This document shows, one piece after another, positions 22,103 to 37,400 of a stretch of DNA of 37,684 nt. The stretch's first letter is position 1. The number at the start of each line of letters is the position of its first letter. Position numbers and translations under genes: made by a program. This DNA comes from Reclinomonas americana ATCC 50394. Lineage: Eukaryota. The notes beneath the pieces were generated by a model. The model was not told the DNA's origin, did not search any database, and worked only from the letters and a program-made list of their open reading frames with translations. The stretch lies in NCBI GenBank assembly GCA_048213135.1, contig PS015097.1:424724-462407 (forward strand), written 5' to 3'.

Positions 22103-24584
22103 ATGGAGAGCGTACCACTGCGCATTCTCTATGCCACACAGACGGGCAAGGCATGTCTGTCTCTCTCTCTCTCTCACTCACTCACTCTCCCTGTGTGTGC
22201 GTTGAGGCTCACCAGTGATGCAGGCGCGCGAGGTAGCTTCTCGTGTCTCTCGCGAGGCCCGACGACGAGGTTGCGCAGCCTCTCAAGTCGCACCTGTCTC
22301 TCTGCGTGACTATGACAAGGTATCTCTCATCCTCCTTACTCACTCTGTCTCTCAGTGAGCAGCAACTGATGATGATGATTGATAGGCACTATTGGTCGAT
22401 GAGAGCATTGTGGTGTTTGTGTGCTCGACCACTGGTCAGGGAGAGGTGCCCGACGACATGAAGGCAAGCTCTTACTCACTGACTCACTCTCTGTCACAAC
22501 AGCATCTCACGCCCGCGACTGCTCGTTTGTTGACAGAGCTTTTGGCACTTTCTGCTTCGTCGCGATCTGCCTGCTGGTTGTCTCTCGCGAGTGTGTGTGG
22601 CCGTGTGTGGACTCGGCGACTCGTCGTATGCACAGTTCAATGCCACTGCGCGACGATTGGAGAAGCGACTGGAGCAGCTGGGAGCACAGATCGTAGTCGA
22701 GCGAGCAGAGTGCGATGAGTTGCATCCGCAGGGGTGCGTGGACGACTGCGTGTGCGAGAGACGGCGTTGTTTGTCAGGGCGTTTGACAATGTTAATGCAT
22801 ATAGAATTGAGGGCTCGTTGACGCCGTGGTTGTCGCGTCTGTGGTCGGCGGTCTCGCAGCGGTTTCCGGCATGTCCGCGCTATCCGGTGATTCCCGACGA
22901 GGAGCTGTTGCCGACACGGTTCACTGTGCAGAGTGTGGCGACGCCGGATCATGTGGCATCGCCGTCTGAGTTGCGTTGTGATGGGGAAAAAAGGGGAGGG
23001 AGGTGGGGGAGGAAGGTGCTCATTTCGCGCAGACTGTTCGAGGACGCTGTGCAGTTGGTGCGACGGGTGTCGGCGCAGCGCATCACGCCGGCCGATCATT
23101 GGCAAGATGTGCGGCATGTGGTGTTTGATATTTCCGGTGGCGATGAACAGGAGGAACCGCTGTTGAGGTGCGTTTTTTTTTGTCGCGGTTTGTGCGCTCT
23201 CTCTTGATTCACGGGTGATGTGAAGATATTCGCCCGGTGACGTGCTGGTTGTGCATGCACCCAATCCATCGGCGCTTGTCGATGCGATGCTGGCTCGTCT
23301 CGGCGCTGAGTTGGCCGAGACGCCAGTCACCATCTTGTCGGCGAGTGGAGGTGAGTGGTGCACTGCACACACTGTCTTCCCACACGCTCATACTTACCGG
23401 TGAACCAGCTGGCGCACTGTTCTCGGGCGCTCCGGTGCTGCCGCGTGATCTGTTCACGTGGTGCCTGGATCTCGCGGGTGTGCCCTCACGCTACTTTTTC
23501 GAGGTGGCCTCGCACTTTGCGCAGGATGAGCGGCAGCGGGAGCGATTGCGTCACTTTGCCAGCGACGACGGTGTCGACGACATGACGCGGTACGCGAGGA
23601 CCGAGAAACGCACTTATGTGGACGTACTGGAGGACTTTGACTCGGTGCACATGCCACTGGAGTACATGATCGAGTGCATCCCTCCGCTGCAGCCGCGTCC
23701 CTTTAGCATCGCCTCCAGCCAGCTGGCGCATCCCACCGAGATTCACTTGTGTATGGCCGTGGTGCGCTACGAGACGCCGTTCCATCGCAAGAAGGAAGGG
23801 CTGTGCTCGGCGTGGTTGGCGAGCGAGGATGTCAGTTGCGTCGAGTCGCGAGACGAGGTAGAGGCGGTGGGTATTGTGTTCACTGTGTGTTGTGGCATAG
23901 ACACGGTGTATGTGTCGGTGAAACGCGGTGCATTTGTGTGGCCGGAGCCTCTCCTACACACGCCGCTGATTCTGGTGGGACCGGGAACCGGTTGCGCACC
24001 ATTCCGCTCCCTCTGGCAGCACCTCGAGGTGCTGGAGCGTGAGAGCGACGGTTTGCAAACAAGGGGGGGTGGAGATCTAAGGAGAGTCTCTCCCGTTTGC
24101 TCACACACATGCCCGACACACAGATCGACCACGCCCGAGTCGGCGCCACTTTTACTTTGGCTGCCGCAATCGCGACAAGGACCGCCACTACGGTGAGGAG
24201 CAAGACAGTGTGCAGGCCGCGGGCGTGCTGGAGACCGTGCGTGCGGCGTACTCTCGCGACTCGCCCGACGAGGAGCCCACTGGCGGCGTCTACGTGCAAC
24301 ACCTGATGAAGATCGACGGAGCGACACTATGGCACCGACTGCACGACGAGGGCGCCTACCTGTTCATCGCAGGGTAAGTCGAAAAATCGACAGCCTTTTT
24401 TTCAACAGCACGGTTGTCATTGCTGTTTTGTGTGCGCAGGTCCGCGGAGAAGATGCCGCGCGACGTGCTCGCCGAGCTGCGGCGCATCGTGCAGCAGCAC
24501 GGAGGCATGTCGGAGGCTGAAGCGGTGGCGTATGTTCGACGGCTGGAGGTGCAGAGGAGAATTCAAATGGAGACGTGGACGTAG
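22103..24584 (+). CDS. NDOR1: NADPH-dependent diflavin oxidoreductase 1 (Tah18; cytosolic Fe-S assembly); 11 exons
   Basis: [134 protein letters not shown] and C-terminal ETWT*. There is no N-terminal membrane anchor, unlike cytochrome P450 reductase. Confidence 0.95.
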
Positions 24585-24590
24585 AATGAC

Positions 24591-24773
<183 letters not shown>

Positions 24774-27296
24774 TAGTAGTACGTACGTACGTACGTACGT
24801 ACGTACGTACGGTACGTACGGTAACGGTAACGGTAACGGGTAAACGGTAAACGGTAACGGTACGGTAACGGTAACGGTAACGGTAACGGTAACNNNNNNN
24901 NNNNNNNNNNNNNNNNNNNNNNNNNNNNNNNNNNNNNNNNNNNNNNNNNNNNNNNNNNNNNNNNNNNNNNNNNNNNNNNNNNNNNNNNNNNNNNNNNNNN
25001 NNNNNNNNNNNNNNNNNNNNNNNNNNNNNNNNNNNNNNNNNNNNNNNNNNNNNNNNNNNNNNNNNNNNNNNNNNNNNNNNNNNNNNNNNNNNNNNNNNNN
25101 NNNNNNNNNNNNNNNNNNNNNNNNNNNNNNNNNNNNNNNNNNNNNNNNNNNNNNNNNNNNNNNNNNNNNNNNNNNNNNNNNNNNNNNNNNNNNNNNNNNN
25201 NNNNNNNNNNNNNNNNNNNNNNNNNNNNNNNNNNNNNNNNNNNNNNNNNNNNNNNNNNNNNNNNNNNNNNNNNNNNNNNNNNNNNNNNNNNNNNNNNNNN
25301 NNNNNNNNNNNNNNNNNNNNNNNNNNNNNNNNNNNNNNNNNNNNNNNNNNNNNNNNNNNNNNNNNNNNNNNNNNNNNNNNNNNNNNNNNNNNNNNNNNNN
25401 NNNNNNNNNNNNNNNNNNNNNNNNNNNNNNNNNNNNNNNNNNNNNNNNNNNNNNNNNNNNNNNNNNNNNNNNNNNNNNNNNNNNNNNNNNNNNNNNNNNN
25501 NNNNNNNNNNNNNNNNNNNNNNNNNNNNNNNNNNNNNNNNNNNNNNNNNNNNNNNNNNNNNNNNNNNNNNNNNNNNNNNNNNNNNNNNNNNNNNNNNNNN
25601 NNNNNNNNNNNNNNNNNNNNNNNNNNNNNNNNNNNNNNNNNNNNNNNNNNNNNNNNNNNNNNNNNNNNNNNNNNNNNNNNNNNNNNNNNNNNNNNNNNNN
25701 NNNNNNNNNNNNNNNNNNNNGAGAGAGAGAGAGGAAAGGGAGGCGAAGAATACAGGATTTAGGAGAAGGAGGAGGAGGGAAGGGAAATAAGGGGAAGGCG
25801 AACGAGAAGAGGTAGGAGGAGAAGGGGAGGACGAAGGGAAAAGGTGAAGGGGGAAGGAGGAGAGGGAAAAGAAGAAGAAGGTGGTGCAGCAGGAGAAAAA
25901 GAAGGAAAGGAGAAAGGCTGCAGATGAATTGGCCAGTATTGACCTCGTTGGCTGGAACTGAGAGAAACGAGTGCGAAGGAACGCTGTGATGAAGTCTGAA
26001 GGATGATTGGGAACGCATTGGAGAGTGCAGGCAAGTAGAATCGTGGACGAAAGAAGAGGAAGAAGAAGGCAAATGGGAAGATGAGAAAGAAGAAGGTGTT
26101 TGACACCCATTCTGGAACTGCAACGCCAAGCGCAACAGAGAGAAAAGTCTGAGGTCTGTGAAGCTTGACTGAGAATGCAGAGAGGGTGCTCGCAAGGTAG
26201 AACCGTGGACGAAGACGAGGAGGAAGAGTTTACGAAGAGAGAAAAATCGGCAAGGAATGCAGCTGCAGTGCTGAGGCCTGTGCAGAGATGGCAAGAGATC
26301 GGAAGAAGGAGTTGTTCGCCTGGCGCAACTGAGAGACAAAAGGCGGGAAGCTTGCAAACAGTGACTGACTTGGCCTGGAAGTGACAACTTGACTTCAAAG
26401 AAAGTCCTGCTACAATACAACACATTGACTCGAGCTAGGAATGAGCGAAGNNNNNNNNNNNNNNNNNNNNNNNNNNNNNNNNNNNNNNNNNNNNNNNNNN
26501 NNNNNNNNNNNNNNNNNNNNNNNNNNNNNNNNNNNNNNNNNNNNNNNNNNNNNNNNNNNNNNNNNNNNNNNNNNNNNNNNNNNNNNNNNNNNNNNNNNNN
26601 NNNNNNNNNNNNNNNNNNNNNNNNNNNNNNNNNNNNNNNNNNNNNNNNNNNNNNNNNNNNNNNNNNNNNNNNNNNNNNNNNNNNNNNNNNNNNNNNNNNN
26701 NNNNNNNNNNNNNNNNNNNNNNNNNNNNNNNNNNNNNNNNNNNNNNNNNNNNNNNNNNNNNNNNNNNNNNNNNNNNNNNNNNNNNNNNNNNNNNNNNNNN
26801 NNNNNNNNNNNNNNNNNNNNNNNNNNNNNNNNNNNNNNNNNNNNNNNNNNNNNNNNNNNNNNNNNNNNNNNNNNNNNNNNNNNNNNNNNNNNNNNNNNNN
26901 NNNNNNNNNNNNNNNNNNNNNNNNNNNNNNNNNNNNNNNNNNNNNNNNNNNNNNNNNNNNNNNNNNNNNNNNNNNNNNNNNNNNNNNNNNNNNNNNNNNN
27001 NNNNNNNNNNNNNNNNNNNNNNNNNNNNNNNNNNNNNNNNNNNNNNNNNNNNNNNNNNNNNNNNNNNNNNNNNNNNNNNNNNNNNNNNNNNNNNNNNNNN
27101 NNNNNNNNNNNNNNNNNNNNNNNNNNNNNNNNNNNNNNNNNNNNNNNNNNNNNNNNNNNNNNNNNNNNNNNNNNNNNNNNNNNNNNNNNNNNNNNNNNNN
27201 NNNNNNNNNNNNNNNNNNNNNNNNNNNNNNNNNNNNNNNNNNNNNNNNNNNNNNNNNNNNNNNNNNNNNNNNNNNNNNNNNNNNNNNNNNNNNNNN

Positions 27297-27383
<87 letters not shown>

Positions 27384-27627
27384 TGTGTTTATCTCCCTCC
27401 TGCTTTCCCTTGTCTCTCCTTCCCCTTCCCTCCCATTCTCTCTCCCTTCCTTCTTTCTCTCTCACCCTTCTCCATTCTTTCCATGCCTTTCCATTCTCTC
27501 TCTCTCTCTGTCTCCCTTCTTCCTTTCCCTCTGTCTCCCCTCTCTCCCTTCCCCCCCTCTCTCCTCCCTTCCCTCCCCTCTCCCCCTCCCTCCCCCCCTC
27601 TCTCCCTCTCTTCCCCTCTGTGTGCAG

Positions 27628-30689
<3,062 letters not shown>

Positions 30690-30794
30690 GTGAACGGGAA
30701 AGAGAGCAAGGAAGAAACGAGTAAGTGACGCCTCCTTTCACATTATTCTTCCCCAGCGAAAGGGAGGGAGAGGGGGGCGAGTATGAGAGAAAAT

Positions 30795-33112
30795 CTATAT
30801 GGTGGTGAGTTTGTCGACCAGCGCACGATACCGCACCGGGTCCTCGACGCGCAAATACCGCAGCATCTTGCGTCGCGAGTCCACGGCGCGCAGCAGTCCC
30901 CGTCGTGAGTGGACGTCCTTGGTCGCGCGGGAGCAGTGCTCGGAGAGGTGCTTGATGCGGAGGGTCCAGCGGGCGACTGAGTGGAGAGGGGGAAGGGGAT
31001 AAAGGGAAAGGGTGAGAGGGGGGAGGGGAAGGGGTAAAGGAGAGGATCAGAGAGTTTGTGAGAGTGCGTGAGAGCGGGAGGGTGAAATGAGGAGGATTGC
31101 GTGCGTGTGAGAGTGAAGGCATGGAGAGACGGAGAAGGAGGCAAAGTCAGGAAGGAGCGAGAGATAAGTGAGGAAGGGAGGTGACGAGATAGAGGAAAAG
31201 AGAGANNNNNNNNNNNNNNNNNNNNNNNNNNNNNNNNNNNNNNNNNNNNNNNNNNNNNNNNNNNNNNNNNNNNNNNNNNNNNNNNNNNNNNNNNNNNNNN
31301 NNNNNNNNNNNNNNNNNNNNNNNNNNNNNNNNNNNNNNNNNNNNNNNNNNNNNNNNNNNNNNNNNNNNNNNNNNNNNNNNNNNNNNNNNNNNNNNNNNNN
31401 NNNNNNNNNNNNNNNNNNNNNNNNNNNNNNNNNNNNNNNNNNNNNNNNNNNNNNNNNNNNNNNNNNNNNNNNNNNNNNNNNNNNNNNNNNNNNNNNNNNN
31501 NNNNNNNNNNNNNNNNNNNNNNNNNNNNNNNNNNNNNNNNNNNNNNNNNNNNNNNNNNNNNNNNNNNNNNNNNNNNNNNNNNNNNNNNNNNNNNNNNNNN
31601 NNNNNNNNNNNNNNNNNNNNNNNNNNNNNNNNNNNNNNNNNNNNNNNNNNNNNNNNNNNNNNNNNNNNNNNNNNNNNNNNNNNNNNNNNNNNNNNNNNNN
31701 NNNNNNNNNNNNNNNNNNNNNNNNNNNNNNNNNNNNNNNNNNNNNNNNNNNNNNNNNNNNNNNNNNNNNNNNNNNNNNGAGAGAGAGAGAACGAGAGAGA
31801 ACGAGAGACAGATAAGAGGAGAGATATGGAGAAGAACAGAATGAACGAGGATGAGATGTGATGGCAGGGAGAGTGAAGGAGAGCAGTACTGGACGAGACG
31901 TGCAGCTCGTCGGCGATGCCTATAGCTCATGCAGGAGCACGAGTGCAAAGCAACAAGCGCGGAAGGAGACAGAGAGAGAGAGAGAATGGAGAAGAACAGA
32001 ATGAACGACAAAATGCGATGAAGGCAGGGAGAGTGAAGGAGAGAAAGACTGGACGAGACGTGCAGCTCGTCTGCGATGCCTGTAGCTCATGCAGCAGCAG
32101 GAGAGCAAAAGCAACAAGCGCACAGAGAGAGAGAGAGGGACAGTGAACGACAAAGTGCAATGAAGGCAGCAAGAGTGAAGGAGAGAAGGCTGGACGAGAC
32201 GCGCAGCTCGTCGGCGATGCCTATAGCTCATGCAGCAGCACGAGTGCAAAAGCAACAAGTGCGGAGGGAGACAGAGAGAGAGAGAGAATGGAGAAGAACA
32301 GAATGAACGAAAAAGTGCAATGAAGGCAGGGAGAGTGAAGGAGAGAAAGACTGGACGAGACGTGTAGCTCGTCTGCGATGCTCATGCAGCAGCAGGAGTG
32401 CAATAGCAACAAGCGCGGAGAGAGAGAGAGAGAGAGAGAGACAGTGAACGAGAAAGTGTAATGAAGGCAGCAAGAGTGAAGGAGAGAAGGACTGGACGAG
32501 ACGTGCAGCTCGTCTGCGATGCCTATAGCTCATGTAGCAGCAGGAGTGCGAAAGAGCAACAAGCGCGGAGAGAGAGAAAGAGAGGGACAGTGAACGAGAA
32601 TGTGCAATGAAGGCAGCAAGAGTGAAGGAGAGAGGGCTGAACGAAGAAAGACAACAAAGGCTCTTTCTCCCCCTCCCTTCCCCTCCCTCTGCCCCTTCGC
32701 CACACTCAACTCTGCACCTCCGGACTCCCACAATCATTCGGCGCACGCGCAAACCGCTGCACCACCTCCCTCATCGCCGCCGCATTGCGCTCCGCCCGCC
32801 CCGCCGCCTCCAGCGACAACACCGCCCTCACACTCCCATCAATTGCCGCCAACGCCGATGACTCATGTGACAGAGCGGTTGAGACAACGCGCTCTGCGGC
32901 CGCCTCGCTGAGGTTGTAACGCGCGCGAGCCTCGGTGGCCAACGCCGACGAGGAGGTCGACATGAGGCGCCATGCCGCACCTCGTCCTCCTCCGCGCGCG
33001 CCACTTGATGTGAGCGGTGGGGAGGAGAGGCACGCCAGTACTGTGCGTGTGCACATGAGAGAGTGAGTGGCAGAGGCAATGAGAGTGTGTGTGCGTGACT
33101 AGTGCAATGCAT
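30795..33112 (-). CDS. MRPS15: Mitochondrial (bacterial-type) ribosomal protein uS15 with presequence; ~1.7-kb intron at 30977-32710
   Basis: …RFARAPNDCGSPEVQ(A|TC=I)ARWTLRIKHLSEHCSRATKDVHSRRGLLRAVDSRRKMLRYLRVEDPVRYRALVDKLTTI* matches uS15. The N-terminus is Ser/Arg/Gly-rich with a WRLMST cleavage-like motif. The start is either 33112 (with a short intron) or 33056. Confidence 0.9.
31820..32640. repeat. Intronic minisatellite with ~140-160-bp units, ~5.5 copies in two variant types
   Basis: GTGAAGGAGAG…CTGGACGAGACG(T/C)GCAGCTCGTC recurs at ~31875, 32035, 32177, 32337 and 32477, with a partial copy at ~32624. Confidence 0.9.
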
Positions 33113-33179
33113 TGTGTTGTGCGATGGAGATGCGTATATGCGTGCGTGTCAGTGCAGAGCAGGCGGTTGAGAAGGGGAG

Positions 33180-33860
33180 AGAGTGCGCGCACGTGTGTGT
33201 GCGACAGAGAGAAGTGCGACACGCACAGTGTGCGTGTCGACCAAAGTGCCTTTTCTTTTCTCTCGTCACACACTCGCGCACGCTCTGTGCTAGCCTCACA
33301 CACAAGTGCACACACACACACGTGCAGAGAGTGTGTGCGTGAGAAAGAAGTGTGACACAGAGTGTCGACCAAAGTGCCACTCATCTTCTCTCTTTTTCTC
33401 TCTTCTCACATACTCGCGCATGCTGCGTTCTCTCTGTGCCAGCCTCACACGTGCACACACACACACGCATGGGGAGAGTGTGTGCGTGTGAGAGAGAGAA
33501 GTGCGACTCACTGTGCGACAAATGCCTTTCATCTTTTTCTCTCCTCGCACACTCGCGCACGCTGCTCTCTCTCTCTCACACACAACCTTACACACGTATA
33601 TGCGTGCACACACACGTGCAGAGAGTGGCAGCAAGAGCAACCAGCGACCAAAGTGCCCTGCATGTCTTTTCTCTCTCTCTTCTCTTTTCTCTTTCTCCTT
33701 CGCGCTCTCGTCTCTCAACACCACACATACACATACAGGCGCGTACACACACACAGGTGCAGAGAGAGTGCGTGGCCAGAGACGAGTCACAGGCGGTGTC
33801 GATCAAAGTGCCTTTTTTTCTCTCTTTCTTTCTCCCACGCTCACTCGCGTCTTCTTCTCC
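33180..33860. repeat. Degenerate ~130-150-bp tandem repeat in the divergent uS15/HORMA intergenic region
   Basis: A CGACCAAAGTGCC-like core occurs at ~33238, 33366, 33516, 33646 and 33800, usually followed by a TC tract, CACTCGCGCA and CACACGTGCAGAGAGTG. Confidence 0.75.
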
Positions 33861-34465
33861 CTCTCTGCACACACACACGCATCGCACACACGCAAGAGAT
33901 GAACCTCGTCGCAACAACATCGATGCCACAGAGCGATGGCCACGCAACTTCAATTGGAGCCATCGATCGACGGGGGTCCATCGCACACACTACACAAAAA
34001 CGATCGCGTTTCTGCGACGATGATCATCGCGTTTGCCGTGTCGACGATGGAGACGATAATGTGCTGCCATCGATGTCCGTGCACGCATGCATGGGCGCAG
34101 TTGAAGTGCGGAGGCGATCTACCGCGTCGATCGGAGGCACTTTTACGTGTTTCTTCTTTGAGTGTGTGCGTGAGAGAGAAGACAACGTGAGGTGCGTTTT
34201 TGTTGGTGTTGCTGTTTTGCATGTGTGTGTGTGTGCTGTGTGTGAGGGCATGCATATGTGCATTGATCAATCAGTTTTTTTCCGAGAGACAAGTCACTTT
34301 CTCTCTTTCTATCTCCTTCTCTCCTTCTCTCGACTGCATGTGCATTGCCGCATTGACCACTGCCTTCTCCTTCTTCTCGCGTGAAAAAAAACTCGCGCTC
34401 AATCACGCGCACTTGAGCCCAATTGAAGTCAAAAGTGCCTCACTGTTATTTGTTGCACATGTCAG

Positions 34466-37400
34466 ATGGCCGCCGCTGCTTCTGCCACCATGCAAGCTGT
34501 CCGCGAGAAGACTGCGTCCGCCAGTATCACTGCCGCGCAGAGTGAGACTCTTGTGCGCAACCTCATGCGCACTTCGATCTCGTCCATTTGCTACCTGCGC
34601 AATCTGTTTCCCGACGACTGTTTCGAGGACAAGGAGCTGGCCAGTTGCGTCTGCGCGTGTGCTCGCTATATTATCTTCTTGTGATGAGAACGCCCACTCC
34701 TTCTCAGCTGTTGTCTTTTCCTCGAGAGTCCTCTTTTCTGCTCTCTTTTTTTATCGTTCTCACTGTCTCTTGCCGCTCTTGGTTGTCCGTTCCTCCCGTG
34801 CTCTTGTCACTCTCTCAGTCCTACCTGCCACTCCTTACTGTTTGCTCTCTGCACTCTTCTCTCTCTCTCTGCTACGTGCCAGTCCTTGCTGTTGACTCTG
34901 TGCTCTTGTTTCTTTCGTCGTTCCCACTGCTGTAGTTTCTGTCTCTTGCCGCTTGTTGGTTAACGTTCCTCTCGTGCACTTGCCTCTCTCTCTCCCTCGT
35001 GCCAGTCCTTGCTGTTGGCTCTCTTCTCTCATTTCTGGCGTCAATCAGCCTTGTGCCTGTGTCGCTCGTTCCCACTCTTTCCGTTTCTGTCACTTACCAC
35101 TCGTGCCCTTGTAACTCTGTTATCTGTCTCTGCTCTCGTTTCCACCAGTGTTTCCACTCCTTCGGATTCCGTCACAGTCGTGTGCCAGTGCCACTCTCTC
35201 ATTAATTCTTCTCCCCTCTCGTTTCTTCAACTGCGTTCCCCTTCTGTTTCTGCTCTGCCCGTCTGGGTGTTCTCTCTTCACTGTCTCCACTCACCGAGTC
35301 CCCACCCTTCGCTTTCTTCAACACGCCACCTTCCCACAGACTTGCAAATCAAGAGCATCCGCGGCCGCAACACCGAGGCGCGCCTGCTCATCGACTGGCT
35401 CGAGAAGGGCGTCTTCCACGCACTCAAGCTCAAGTATGTTGCGTGGCGGCGCGTTCAATCGCTTGACTTCTCCCTCTCTCTCCCTCTTCGCGCCTCACCT
35501 TCCGCACGCGCGCACAGCTGAAGACGCTCATCTTTGGCATCTACGGCGATCCGGGCCGCGAGTCGACCATGCTCGAGTCGTACTACTTTCACTTTCGGTA
35601 CTCGGAGGACGGCGTGGAGATGCAGAGTTGCGCCCCTTCAATCATGTTGCTCTTGCTTCTGTCTCTCTCTCTCTCATGCGTTGTCGGCGAACTCAGTGGA
35701 CCGCCAAGCGGCTGTGGTCGGGCAGTCAGCTCTGCCGCGGACTCGTGAGGAGATCCGCAAGTCGACGGTCATTGTGCTGCGCACGCTCATCTCGCTCATC
35801 CAGACGCTGCCGCCGCTGGCGGGTGAGTGCCACTCGCTGCTGCCACTGCGCCCTGTTGCTTCTCTTTACTGACGCGGACGCACAGACACGCGCTTCCTGA
35901 CGATGCGCCTGCTGTACTACGACGACATTACGCCGCCCGACTACGAGCCAGACTACTTCCGCGCCTCCTCCAGTGGTGCTTCGCGCAGTGCTTTTTATGT
36001 GCCCTTTTCCCCCTGTGTGCTTACACTGTTTGCGCAGACGATGCGGTGACCTTCTGTCGCCAGGAGGATGACCTGATGATTGGCGAAGTCCGCACACCGT
36101 ACCACGAAATGTCGTTGCGTGTGCGCACTCGCCCCGAGACCCTGGAGGTGACGCACGAGGCTATCCAGCACTCGCAGTCGACGTCGGTCACGGCTGCCCC
36201 GCCCCCTCCGCCACCGCCGCCGCCACCGCTAGCCTTGCAGGGTCAGTGACGAGCGGGGCTGTCTCTTCCCCCATTTTTCGTTCCCTCACTGCTTGTCCCC
36301 AGACACCACCATGGTGGCCATCCGACCGTCGTCGCCATCGGCGGGCGACGGACAGAGCAGTGCGTCGGGCGACGACCGCGACGGCGAGGAGCTCTTCTAT
36401 GCCACGGCGCTGGTCCAAGTGCTGACTGCGGTGCGGTATCGAAGAAGAAGCCGTGTTGTGTTGTGCTTTTCTTGCTGATTTAAGTGCAGGATGTGGTGAG
36501 CGTCAGTTCCCTGGCTCGTGCCCTCGATACCACGAGCTTTGCTGCGCGGGCAATCCTCAAGCGCATGGAGGACGAGGGCATTGTGGTGACCAATGGTCGT
36601 CGCGGTCTGTACCCTTTACCGTGCGCGCGCGCGCGCGCGCATTGCGGTGTTGTCGCGCGCTCACTCTTTGTCGCCCCAGGCATGCAAGTCATGCACAACG
36701 ACTGCACCAAGCGTCGCCTTGTCGAGGCGCGACGCGTGCTTGCACAGGCTCCGACGACAGTGCACGCTGCTGTGGTTCGCGACACACCGCCGGCACTCTC
36801 CTCCGACTACTTCAGCACCGGCCAGCACGCGCTGCTGATGCCGGCCCATGTTGCTGCGACGACGGCGACTGTACCGAGTGTCGCCGACATTGAGGAGCAC
36901 CTGGCACGCACCACTATCGACACGACGGCGGGGGCGGGAGTGGGAGTGCGTTGTTGCTGCTATTGTACTATTGTGCGGGTGGCTGTTGCTGACTGTCGCC
37001 GACAGATGAGCGCCTTCTCCGGCGTGAAGAATCGCCGGGTGTTCCCGGGTCAGCCAATGTCGACTCCACCGCTCTCCGCCACAGATGTCGACGGGGTGGT
37101 GAGTGCAACGCCGGTGGAGTCGCCCAAGCTGTTTGCGCCCGTCCCCGTCGGTGAGTGAGCCTGGTGGAGTGTGTGCTGTGTGTGGTGTGCAGTGACGACT
37201 AATTTCGGAAGATATTGCAGCTGCAGCTGCTGAAGTGCATTCGCCTTTTCCGGTGGTGGTGCCCATGGACGATGGCGACGAAACGGACGCGGAGGACGAG
37301 CTTGTCGGCGGTGCGTACCGCGCTGATCCCTGCGTCTTGCACACCCGGCTGACACACTGCACAGAACCGGCGCCTGTTGTGCAATGCACGCCACCTCCGC

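Noticed and set aside
25721-26450. Long minus-strand ORFs and two GTTGCG-like donors (26136, 26329) in the isolated contig
   Set aside because: The ORFs are inflated by N runs and low complexity, the motifs lie in diverged internal repeats, and I recognise no protein.
31875-32640. Hammerhead ribozyme or CRISPR interpretation of the hairpin repeats
   Set aside because: There is no CUGANGA…GAAA core in the right arrangement on either strand, the inter-repeat sequences are homologous rather than unique spacers, and the context is a eukaryotic intron.
33296-34412. Overlapping 160-340-aa ORFs in the uS15/HORMA intergenic region
   Set aside because: They are translations of CA/CT microsatellite-rich repeats (His-Thr, Leu-Ser, Cys-Val runs).
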